Assembly (NCBI GenBank): GCA_045600105.1
Contig: JAZRXG010000007.1
Location: 5,270 to 69,269, forward strand
Reading direction: 5' to 3'
Length of the DNA: 64,000 bases
Source of the DNA: Eubacteriales bacterium
GTDB lineage: Bacteria; Bacillota; Clostridia; Oscillospirales; CAG-382
This document shows, in pieces, positions 17,155-25,296 of this stretch (within the stretch, counting starts at the first letter, position 1; the number at the start of each line of letters is the position of its first letter). The position numbers were made by a program, and so were the translations under genes. The notes beneath the pieces are model-generated. The model saw only the letters and a list, made by a program, of their open reading frames with translations. It made no database searches and was not told the DNA's origin.

Positions 17155-17252
17155 AAGCATTAAGCCGAAAAGCCTTAAGCAAAAAAAGGATTTCCGCACG
17201 TCACCGTGCGGAAATCCTTACTTCTTCACTCTTCACTCTTACCTCTTCACTG
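17155..17252. repeat. Hairpin element flanked by two different heptamer arrays
   Basis: ttaagc units, aaggatttccgcacg-tcac-cgtgcggaaatcctt, then (tcactct)-type units. Confidence 0.8.
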
Positions 17253-17256
17253 ATAT

Positions 17257-17284
17257 AAAAGCCGGTTCGTCTGAACCGGCTTTT
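17257..17284 (-). terminator. Terminator of the response regulator
   Basis: aaaagccggttc-gtct-gaaccggctttt. Confidence 0.8.
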
Positions 17285-17352
17285 ACGTTGGATTGGAAAG
17301 GAAAGAAAAACAATGAAAAAACTGTATATAAATATAAAAGGAAGTTATCGGA

Positions 17353-18042
17353 TCATTCGGAAAGGAGCTCGAATTTGTAACCGACGCCCCAGACGGTCTT
17401 GAGCACCCATTTGTCGCTCGCGCCGTCGAGCTTTTCGCGCAGTCTCTTGATGTGGACGTCTACCGTACGGCTGTCGCCGAGGTAATCGAATCCCCAGACC
17501 TTGTCAAGGAGCTGGTCGCGGGTGAAAACTCTGTTGTAGTTTGCCGCGAGGAAATAGATGAGGTCGAGCTCCTTCGGGGGAAGATCAACGGGTTTGCCTT
17601 TGATCTTGAGCTCGTATTTCTGACGCGAAATTTCGAGGTTGTCGAAACGGATGAGCTCTCCGTCGTTGGAATCCTGACGGGAATAACGTCTGAGCACGGC
17701 TTTGATACGCGCGAAAACCTCTTTCATATCAAGGGGCTTCACGATAAAGTCGTCCGCGCCGAGCTCGAGCCCGAGGACCTTGTCGATGGTCTCGCCTTTG
17801 GCGGTTATCATGATTATGGGCTTGGAGGACTGCTCGCGGATCTCGCGGCAGGTCTGCCAGCCGTCTTTTTTGGGCATCATAATGTCGAGCAGCACGAGGT
17901 CGGGCTCGTACATCCTGAACGCGGTTATGCCTTCAACGCCGTCGGACGCGGTCTTCACTTCGTAACCCTCTTTTTCGAGGTACATCCTGAGCAGCTCGCA
18001 GATATTGGTGTCGTCGTCGACTACAAGTATCTTGGTCATCAT
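17353..18042 (-). CDS. OmpR/PhoB-family response regulator (no adjacent kinase)
   Basis: ILVVDDD, LLDIMMP, GADDFIVKP, RTVDVHIKRLREKL, TVWGVGYKF. Confidence 0.95.
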   Translation of the reverse strand: MMTKILVVDDDTNICELLRMYLEKEGYEVKTASDGVEGITAFRMYEPDLVLLDIMMPKKDGWQTCREIREQSSKPIIMITAKGETIDKVLGLELGADDFIVKPLDMKEVFARIKAVLRRYSRQDSNDGELIRFDNLEISRQKYELKIKGKPVDLPPKELDLIYFLAANYNRVFTRDQLLDKVWGFDYLGDSRTVDVHIKRLREKLDGASDKWVLKTVWGVGYKFELLSE

Positions 18043-18311
18043 ATCGTCATTACCTCCGTTTTGTAACGTATTACGCGCGCCGTTAGGCGGCATTAACAAA
18101 TTGAATTTTAACGTGTCTTTTGCTTTCTGACGCTAATATACCACATAAAATCCGCTTTGTCAATACTTTTTTCAAAAATATTTTTCTGATTATAAATTTT
18201 CATTCAATATTAATCGCCAAAAAGTATGTATCAAAGTTTACAACGCCCTAAAAACGCGGCATGACGGAGACGTCACGGAAAGGAGAAACGGAAATATAAA
18301 GCATAAATCTA

Positions 18312-18340
18312 TTGACAAAATATGTGCTTTGTGATAGTAT
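18312..18340 (+). promoter_or_regulatory. SigA promoter of the cpsC/D/B module
   Basis: TTGACA-17 nt-TAGTAT with TG extension. Confidence 0.65.
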
Positions 18341-18430
18341 ACAATCGATAATTAATAGTATTTTGAAACCCGCGTTTTGCGGACGCTTTTCTGCGTATCC
18401 GCGAAACTCACCTGACTGGAGGAAACACAA

Positions 18431-19162
18431 ATGAACTCATCCGATGAAAAAGGAGCGATGTCGATAGACTTCATCGAGCTTCTCAGAGGGCTCTGGGCAC
18501 GTCGAGTCGTAATAATCGTTATCACCGCGGCGTGTGCGCTCATCGGCGCAGTATACGCGTCGTTTTTCATAACACCGACTTATCAGGCTACCGCCAAGAT
18601 GTACGTCGACAACCTCGGCGACAAGAGCCAGAGCGGATATATTTCGACCACCGAGATCTCCGCCGCAAAGAGCCTCGTTTCGACCTACGCGGTCATCGCC
18701 AAAACGAGAGACACGCTTGACGCCGTTAACGAATACGCATGCAGCAGCTTTTCTTATTCCCAGCTTTCCGATATGATAAGCATTTCGTCGGTCAACGACA
18801 CCGAAGTATTTCAGATAACCGTCACCTGCGAGGACGCCAACATCGCCAAGATCGTTGCCAACGCTCTCACCGAGGTGCTCCCCGACAGGATCTCCACCGC
18901 CATGAAGGGCGCAGGCGTCACCACCATCGAAAAGGCGTACACCACGGGCAATAAGGTCGCTCCGAGCGTTTCGAAGTACGCGATCGTTCTCGGCTTGCTC
19001 GGGCTTGTCGTCACCTGCGGCGTGATAGTCGTCATCGACCTTCTTGACGACAAGATCCACGGTGAAGAATACATCAACAACAATTTCAAACATCCGGTGA
19101 TAGCGGTTATCCCCGACCTGTTTGTAAAGAACGCCGGAGGTTCAAAGTACAATGCAAAATAA
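18431..19162 (+). CDS. Polysaccharide co-polymerase / BY-kinase activator (CpsC/YveK/Wzz family)
   Basis: IDFIELLRGLW, ITPTYQATAKMYV, two TM segments, LDDKI..EE...PVIAVIP. Confidence 0.9.
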   Translation: MNSSDEKGAMSIDFIELLRGLWARRVVIIVITAACALIGAVYASFFITPTYQATAKMYVDNLGDKSQSGYISTTEISAAKSLVSTYAVIAKTRDTLDAVNEYACSSFSYSQLSDMISISSVNDTEVFQITVTCEDANIAKIVANALTEVLPDRISTAMKGAGVTTIEKAYTTGNKVAPSVSKYAIVLGLLGLVVTCGVIVVIDLLDDKIHGEEYINNNFKHPVIAVIPDLFVKNAGGSKYNAK

Positions 19163-19946
19163 AAAGAAAAACGCCGCAAACGCTCAGAATATCGGCTTTG
19201 TCGCGGAACGCGATTTTATATGCCAGAACATGAACTTCGGAGCGTCCGAAGCATATAAGGTGCTCAGAACGAACATTTCGTTCGCGCTTTCCTCCGTCAA
19301 GGGATGCAGGATAATCGGCGTCACGAGCTCCAACAATACCGAGGGTAAATCGCTCGTTTCCATCAACCTCGCGTACACGCTGTCTCTTCAGGGCTCCAAG
19401 GTGCTCCTCGTCGACTCCGACCTGCGCATACCCACCGTCGCAAAGCGTCTCGGGCTCAGCAAAGCCCCCGGATTTTCCGATCTTTTGCTCGGCAGCGACG
19501 TCGACCCCGTCCACAGAAACGAGATAGTCGATAATTTCAGCGTGCTTACCAGCGGCAACAGACCCGCCAACCCCTCCGAGCTCCTCGGCTCCGGCGCGAC
19601 TGCCGACGTCATTTCCAAGCTCAGCGCTGAATTCGACTATATACTTCTCGACCTCCCCCCCGTCAACGAAGTATCCGACGCCATCAACGTCAGCCGTTAT
19701 CTCGACGGCATCGTGTTCGTCGTGAAGGACAACGTCACCACAAAGTCCAACTTCAAAAAGGCGGTCTCCCAGCTCGAACTCATCAACGCCGAGATACTCG
19801 GTTTCGTCCTCGTTGACTCCAACGGCGGCAAATTCGACAAATACGGCAAGTACGGCAAATACGGCAAGTACGGTAAGTACGGAAAATACGGCAAATACGG
19901 CAGCTCGGGCGCGAATAAATACGAAAAAGAGTACGAAGGCAAATAA
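19152..19946 (+). CDS. CpsD/CapB-family tyrosine kinase
   Basis: EAYKVLRTN, Walker A EGKS, VDSDLRIP, LLDLPP, C-terminal (KYG)7 tyrosine cluster. Confidence 0.92.
   Translation: MQNKKKNAANAQNIGFVAERDFICQNMNFGASEAYKVLRTNISFALSSVKGCRIIGVTSSNNTEGKSLVSINLAYTLSLQGSKVLLVDSDLRIPTVAKRLGLSKAPGFSDLLLGSDVDPVHRNEIVDNFSVLTSGNRPANPSELLGSGATADVISKLSAEFDYILLDLPPVNEVSDAINVSRYLDGIVFVVKDNVTTKSNFKKAVSQLELINAEILGFVLVDSNGGKFDKYGKYGKYGKYGKYGKYGKYGSSGANKYEKEYEGK
19839..19901 (+). repeat. 9-nt coding tandem repeat (AARTACGGH)x7 = (KYG)7
   Basis: Read directly from the sequence. Confidence 0.9.
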
Positions 19947-19952
19947 GACGTT

Positions 19953-20660
19953 ATGGAACTCACTGACGTACATTGTCATATACTGCCCGGTGTCGACGAC
20001 GGAAGCCGTGACGCCGAAACGTCGCTTTCGATGCTCCGCACCGCGCACGACTCGGGAATTACCGAGACGTTCCTGACGCCGCATTATTACCCGACCGAAT
20101 CGTCCGACGAGTTCCTCGCCCGCAGAAAAGCGGCTTTCGATACGCTCGTTTCGGCGATCGGAGACGACGAAGGCAGTTATCCCTCGCTTCACCTCGGAGC
20201 GGAAGTGTACTACCACGTCGGCATCGCCAACGACCCCAATATCCGCGAGCTTTGCTACGAGGGTACGGATCTTCTGCTCATCGAGCTCCCGTGGCGCAAA
20301 TGGCAGCCGACGGTGTTCGACGACGTGGAAATGCTCATCAGCTACAAGGGCATCACGCCCGTCATCGCGCACCTCGAAAGATATTACGACCTCACCGACA
20401 AGCGCGATATAAAGCGGCTCCGCACACTTGACGTGCTCGTGCAGATGAACGCCGAGACGATCATCGAGCCGAAAACGCGCAAAAAAGCGCTCAAAGCCAT
20501 CAAAAAGAAGCAGTTCGATCTTCTCGGCTCCGACGCTCACGACCAAAAGGACAGACGCGTCAACCTTGCCGAGGCGTACGCCATACTCGTGGAAAACGGA
20601 ATGTCGGACGACGCCGAACGCCTCCGCCGCAACGCTTTGATGCTTCTCGGAAAAAAATAA
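19953..20660 (+). CDS. CpsB/CapC-family PHP tyrosine phosphatase
   Basis: DVHCHILPGVDDGS, TPHY, IAHLERY, GSDAH. Confidence 0.92.
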   Translation: MELTDVHCHILPGVDDGSRDAETSLSMLRTAHDSGITETFLTPHYYPTESSDEFLARRKAAFDTLVSAIGDDEGSYPSLHLGAEVYYHVGIANDPNIRELCYEGTDLLLIELPWRKWQPTVFDDVEMLISYKGITPVIAHLERYYDLTDKRDIKRLRTLDVLVQMNAETIIEPKTRKKALKAIKKKQFDLLGSDAHDQKDRRVNLAEAYAILVENGMSDDAERLRRNALMLLGKK

Positions 20661-20772
20661 GCCATTCAGCCTCCGTTCCTCGGAGGCTTTGCTTTTGCGT
20701 TTTGCGCGAAAGGCATTGAAAAAAGCGAAAAACGCGGTATAATGGAACAAAAGACACAAAACGGAGAAAAAC

Positions 20773-21429
20773 ATGAAAATTTACATCATCAGACACGGGG
20801 AGACCGAATTCAACGAAAAGGGGCTTTTGCAGGGGTGGACGGACAACGACCTCAATCCGCTCGGCGTGAAGCTTGCCGAGGAAACGGGGAGAGCGCTGCG
20901 CGGCGTTTCGTTCGACTGCGCGTTCACGTCGCCGCTCGTCCGCGCGCGCCATACGGCGGAAGTGCTGCTTCGCGAAAGCGGAAACGACTGCCCGATATAC
21001 ACCGACGACAGGATAAAGGAAATAAGCATCGGCGACTACGAGGGCAGACCCTACCGTTCCGCGTCCGGCGACGGCACGAAGACGCTGATGCAATCGTATT
21101 TTTCCGACCCGTTTTCTTCTCCGCCGTTTCCGCACGGCGAACACGTGAACGACGTCATCGGGCGCACGCAGGCGTTTCTGAAGGAGCTTGCCTCAAAAGA
21201 CTACGGGACCGTGCTCGTTTCGACCCACGGCTGCGCCATGCGGTGTATGCTCAATTTCCTTTATGACGACCCGTCCGACTTTTGGCACGGGCACGTCCCG
21301 CTCAACTGCGCCGTCAATATCGTCGACGTGACGAACGGCGTCATCCGGCTCGAAAAAGAGGACGTCATCTTCTACGACCCCGCCATGGGCGTGGACAGAT
21401 ATTCCGAAATAAGAAGCAAAAAGGAATAA
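20773..21429 (+). CDS. Histidine phosphatase (phosphoglycerate mutase family)
   Basis: IRHGETEFN, SPLVRARHTA, STHG. Confidence 0.9.
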   Translation: MKIYIIRHGETEFNEKGLLQGWTDNDLNPLGVKLAEETGRALRGVSFDCAFTSPLVRARHTAEVLLRESGNDCPIYTDDRIKEISIGDYEGRPYRSASGDGTKTLMQSYFSDPFSSPPFPHGEHVNDVIGRTQAFLKELASKDYGTVLVSTHGCAMRCMLNFLYDDPSDFWHGHVPLNCAVNIVDVTNGVIRLEKEDVIFYDPAMGVDRYSEIRSKKE

Positions 21430-21512
21430 TGCGAAAAATACGGCAAAGGCATTGAAAAAAACGAAATCACGGTGTATAATATTATGAATATCAAATATCA
21501 GGAGAAAAATAT

Positions 21513-22616
21513 ATGAAACTCGGTATCGTCGGGCTGCCGAACGTCGGCAAATCCACACTTTTCAACGCTCTTACCAAAGCGGGCGCGGAGGCCGCCAACT
21601 ACGCCTTCTGCACCATCGACCCCAACGTGGGCGTCGTTGCCGTTCCTGACAAGCGTCTGGACAAGCTCGCTGAAATATACTCCCCCGAAAAATACACCCC
21701 CGCGACGATAGAATTCGTCGACATCGCGGGTCTTGTCCGCGGCGCGTCCCAGGGCGAGGGACTCGGCAACAAGTTCCTGTCCCACATCCGCGAGGTGGAC
21801 GCCATCGTTCACGTCGTGCGCTGCTTCGGCGGCACCGAGGTCATCCACGTCGAAGACTCGGTCAACCCCGTCCGCGACGCCGACACCATCAACACCGAGC
21901 TCGTGCTCGCCGATATGGAGGTTCTCGAACGCCGCATCGACAGAGTGAAAAAGCAGCTCAAGGGCGACAGCTCCGTCAAGCCCGAGCTCGAGCTGCTCGA
22001 ACGCCTCGCGGCGGTTCTCGGCGAAGGCAACACCGTCAGAAGCGCCGGACTTTCCGACGACGAATACGCGCTCATCAAGGACGCCTGCTTCCTTTCCTCA
22101 AAGCCCGTCATCTACGCCGCCAATGTGGATGAGGCCTCGCTTTCCGACCTTTCGTCCAACGAATACTACAAAGCCCTCGAAGCAAAGGCTGCCGAGGAAA
22201 ACGCCGGCATCATCGCCGTCTGCGCCAAGATCGAAGCCGAGCTTGCCGAGCTCGACGACGAAGAAAGGGAAATGTACCTTGAAGAGTTCTACGGCGGACT
22301 CGGACTCGAAGACACCGGGCTGAACAAGCTCATCCGTGCGTCCTACGACCTGCTCGGCTACATCTCGTTCCTCACCGCCGGTCCCAAAGAGGTCAGAGCG
22401 TGGACGATCACACGCGGAACCAAGGCGCCGGGAGCGGCCGGAAAGATACACACCGATTTCGAACGCGGCTTCATCAGAGCCGAGATCGTCGCATACGAAG
22501 ACCTTATCGCCAAAGGCTCGTTCAACGCCGCCAAGGAAGCGGGGCTCGTCAGAAGCGAAGGCAAAGAATACGTCATGCAGGACGGCGACGTCGTTCTGTT
22601 CAGATTCAACGTATAA
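21513..22616 (+). CDS. ychF: Redox-regulated ATPase YchF
   Basis: GIVGLPNVGKSTLFN, DIAGLVRGASQGEGLGNKFL, IHTDFERGFIRAE. Confidence 0.97.
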   Translation: MKLGIVGLPNVGKSTLFNALTKAGAEAANYAFCTIDPNVGVVAVPDKRLDKLAEIYSPEKYTPATIEFVDIAGLVRGASQGEGLGNKFLSHIREVDAIVHVVRCFGGTEVIHVEDSVNPVRDADTINTELVLADMEVLERRIDRVKKQLKGDSSVKPELELLERLAAVLGEGNTVRSAGLSDDEYALIKDACFLSSKPVIYAANVDEASLSDLSSNEYYKALEAKAAEENAGIIAVCAKIEAELAELDDEEREMYLEEFYGGLGLEDTGLNKLIRASYDLLGYISFLTAGPKEVRAWTITRGTKAPGAAGKIHTDFERGFIRAEIVAYEDLIAKGSFNAAKEAGLVRSEGKEYVMQDGDVVLFRFNV

Positions 22617-22669
22617 AACGCGTTTCTCATTTTGAAGGAAAAAATAAAAAAACTGCCGTTTATTGAAAA

Positions 22670-23362
22670 ATGATAAAACTTATATTTTTTGACCTTGACA
22701 ACACGCTCGCGCCCGTCGGGCTGCCGATACCCGACGACTGCCTCGGAAAACTGAAAAAGCTGTATTCGAGCGGCGTCAGAATGGCGGTCTGCTCGGGCAA
22801 GCCCGTCGCCTACCTCAACGGCTTTGCGCGTCAGGCGGGACTTCCCGACCTTATTATGTGCGGCGAAAACGGGCTGACCTATCAGTTCGGCAGCGACCTT
22901 CCGCCGCGGCTTTCGGGGCATTTTCCCGTCGAAAACGGCGTTATTTCGTCGCTTGAAGACGTAAAAAGAGGATTTTCGGAGCGTTTCGGGGGAAGATACT
23001 GGTGCCAGAAAAACGAGTTCGCGTTCACGCCCTTCCCGTTCGACGAAAAAGACTTTCCGCCGATGACCGAATACCTCAAGGAAAAGGTAAAAGGCACACG
23101 ACTCAAGGTCTATTACCAGCCCGACTGTTTCGACGTGCTTCCCGACGGCATCGACAAGGGAAGCGCGCTTGCCAACGTGTGCGGTATCCTCGGCATCGAC
23201 GTACGCGACACCGTTACCGTCGGCGACCATATCAACGATTACCCCATGTTCGCGCTTTCGGGCACGTCGGTCGGTATTTCGCTGCCCGACCCGTCAAAGG
23301 CGAAGATAAACGTCGGCACGCTTTCCGAAGCACTCGGGGTCATCGACGAGCTTATGAAATAA
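22670..23362 (+). CDS. HAD-IIB family hydrolase
   Basis: FFDLDNTL, DKGSAL, VGDHINDYPMF. Confidence 0.9.
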   Translation: MIKLIFFDLDNTLAPVGLPIPDDCLGKLKKLYSSGVRMAVCSGKPVAYLNGFARQAGLPDLIMCGENGLTYQFGSDLPPRLSGHFPVENGVISSLEDVKRGFSERFGGRYWCQKNEFAFTPFPFDEKDFPPMTEYLKEKVKGTRLKVYYQPDCFDVLPDGIDKGSALANVCGILGIDVRDTVTVGDHINDYPMFALSGTSVGISLPDPSKAKINVGTLSEALGVIDELMK

Positions 23363-23431
23363 AACAATCACAAGATACATCCGCTTTCCGCGGCGTTCTG
23401 CCGTGCGAAAACGGGGAAAAGGAGACACAAA

Positions 23432-24262
23432 ATGAGTGAATGCACGCACGATTGCTCGACCTGCAGCGCAAACTGCCCGAGCAAACAGAAGCCCGAATCC
23501 CTTATCGAAAAGCCCAACGAAATGGCGATCATCCGCAACGTGATCGCGGTCGTTTCCGGCAAGGGCGGCGTCGGCAAATCGATGGTGACGTCTCTTCTCG
23601 CGGTCAATTCGCAGAGAAACGGATTCAACACCGCAATCCTCGACGCGGACCTCACCGGTCCTTCCATCCCCAAGGCTTTCGGACTCAAAGAAAGACTTGA
23701 AGGCAGCGAATACGGCATACTTCCCGCGGTCACCAAAACGGGTATCCAGGTCGTATCCCTCAATCTTATGCTTGAAAACGAGACCGACCCCGTCGTCTGG
23801 CGCGGCCCCGTCATCGCCGGAACGGTAAAACAGTTCTGGACCGACGTCATCTGGAACGACGTTGACTATATGTATGTCGATATGCCTCCCGGAACGGGCG
23901 ACGTTCCCCTCACCGTTTTCCAGTCGCTCCCCGTCAAGGGCATCGTCATCGTCACGTCACCTCAGGAGCTCGTCTCGATGATAGTCGAAAAAGCCGTCAA
24001 TATGGCAAAGCTCATGAACATCCCCGTGCTCGGCATCGTGGAGAATATGTCCTATTTCGAATGTCCCGAATGCCACACGCGTCATAAGATATACGGCGAG
24101 AGCAACCTCGAGGAGATTGCCGCGAAGCACGGCATACCCGTCATCGCACGCCTTCCCATCGATCCCAAGCTCGCCGCCGCGGCTGACAAGGGAACTGTCG
24201 AGCTCTTTGAAGGAAACTGGCTCGACGGCATGACCGAAGAAATAACGAAACAGAGCAAATGA
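23432..24262 (+). CDS. Mrp/NBP35 Fe-S cluster carrier ATPase
   Basis: SGKGGVGKS, WRGP, DMPPGTGD, ENMSYFECPEC. Confidence 0.95.
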   Translation: MSECTHDCSTCSANCPSKQKPESLIEKPNEMAIIRNVIAVVSGKGGVGKSMVTSLLAVNSQRNGFNTAILDADLTGPSIPKAFGLKERLEGSEYGILPAVTKTGIQVVSLNLMLENETDPVVWRGPVIAGTVKQFWTDVIWNDVDYMYVDMPPGTGDVPLTVFQSLPVKGIVIVTSPQELVSMIVEKAVNMAKLMNIPVLGIVENMSYFECPECHTRHKIYGESNLEEIAAKHGIPVIARLPIDPKLAAAADKGTVELFEGNWLDGMTEEITKQSK

Positions 24263-24283
24263 CCTGACAAAAGGGGGTAAATT

Positions 24284-25225
24284 ATGGCAATAAGCTCGGT
24301 TTGGGGCACTATGGTCCCCCTGTTCCTGGTACTTCTGCTCGGCGTGGTCATAAGACTCACGCACATACTCGATTGGCAGACCTGCCGCAATCTTTCGTCG
24401 TTCATAGTCAACGTGGCTGAGCCGCTGCTCATCGTCGCGTCGTTCCAGACGAAGATCGACGGCTCGTCGCTGCGTGTCGCCGTCTTTATCGCGCTCATCG
24501 CGCTCATAATGCACATCGCCTACACCCTCGTTTCGATGCTGATCTACCGCGGCGAAGGGAGGGCGAGCAAGTCGACGCTCGAATTCGGGCTCATTTTCGG
24601 CAACATCACCTATCTCGGCTATCCGCTGCTTCTTGTTCCGTTCCCGAAGAGCGGTCCGTTCTACTTCGCGGTCTTCGCGCTCGTCTCAAATATTTATGCC
24701 CAGACCGTGGGCAAATACCTGCTCAACTCGGGAGCCAAAAGCAAAAAGGCGCTCCTGAAGTCGATCATCAACCCCGGAACGGTCGCCGCGCTGGTTGGCA
24801 TCGGGCTCAGACTGCTTCCGTTTGACGTTCCGGCTGTTTTCACCGACACGATGATGACGGTAGGCAATCTGTGCTTCCCACTCGCAATGCTCATCGTCGG
24901 CAGCCTGATATGCAATCAGCCGTTCAAAAAGCTGTTTTCTCCCAAGCTTTATATGTTCTCGCTGTTCAGACTCATCGTTCTGCCCCTTCTGACGCTCGGC
25001 GTCTGCCTGCTGTTCGCAGGTGTCGCGGACGAGGGTATGTGCTACCTCGTGATGATAATGGCGTGTGTTCCCACCGCGGCAAGCGCCGCTATTTACAGCG
25101 ACCTTTACAAGGGCAATTCGCCGCTCGCGGCGTCCTGCGTCGGCATCTCGTCGCTGCTTTCGGTGATCACCGTGCCGTTCATGCTGTGGCTGACCAAGCT
25201 GCTCTTTGAGGTATTCTACGGTTAA
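24284..25225 (+). CDS. AEC (auxin efflux carrier) family transporter
   Basis: Multi-TM; FGNITYLGYP, PLAMLIVG, RLIVLP. Confidence 0.9.
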   Translation: MAISSVWGTMVPLFLVLLLGVVIRLTHILDWQTCRNLSSFIVNVAEPLLIVASFQTKIDGSSLRVAVFIALIALIMHIAYTLVSMLIYRGEGRASKSTLEFGLIFGNITYLGYPLLLVPFPKSGPFYFAVFALVSNIYAQTVGKYLLNSGAKSKKALLKSIINPGTVAALVGIGLRLLPFDVPAVFTDTMMTVGNLCFPLAMLIVGSLICNQPFKKLFSPKLYMFSLFRLIVLPLLTLGVCLLFAGVADEGMCYLVMIMACVPTAASAAIYSDLYKGNSPLAASCVGISSLLSVITVPFMLWLTKLLFEVFYG

Positions 25226-25296
25226 ACTCATAAAAAACGTATCTCCGCTTTGCCACAAGCGGAGATAATTCTATAATCGTACGGAGGAGTTTTATT

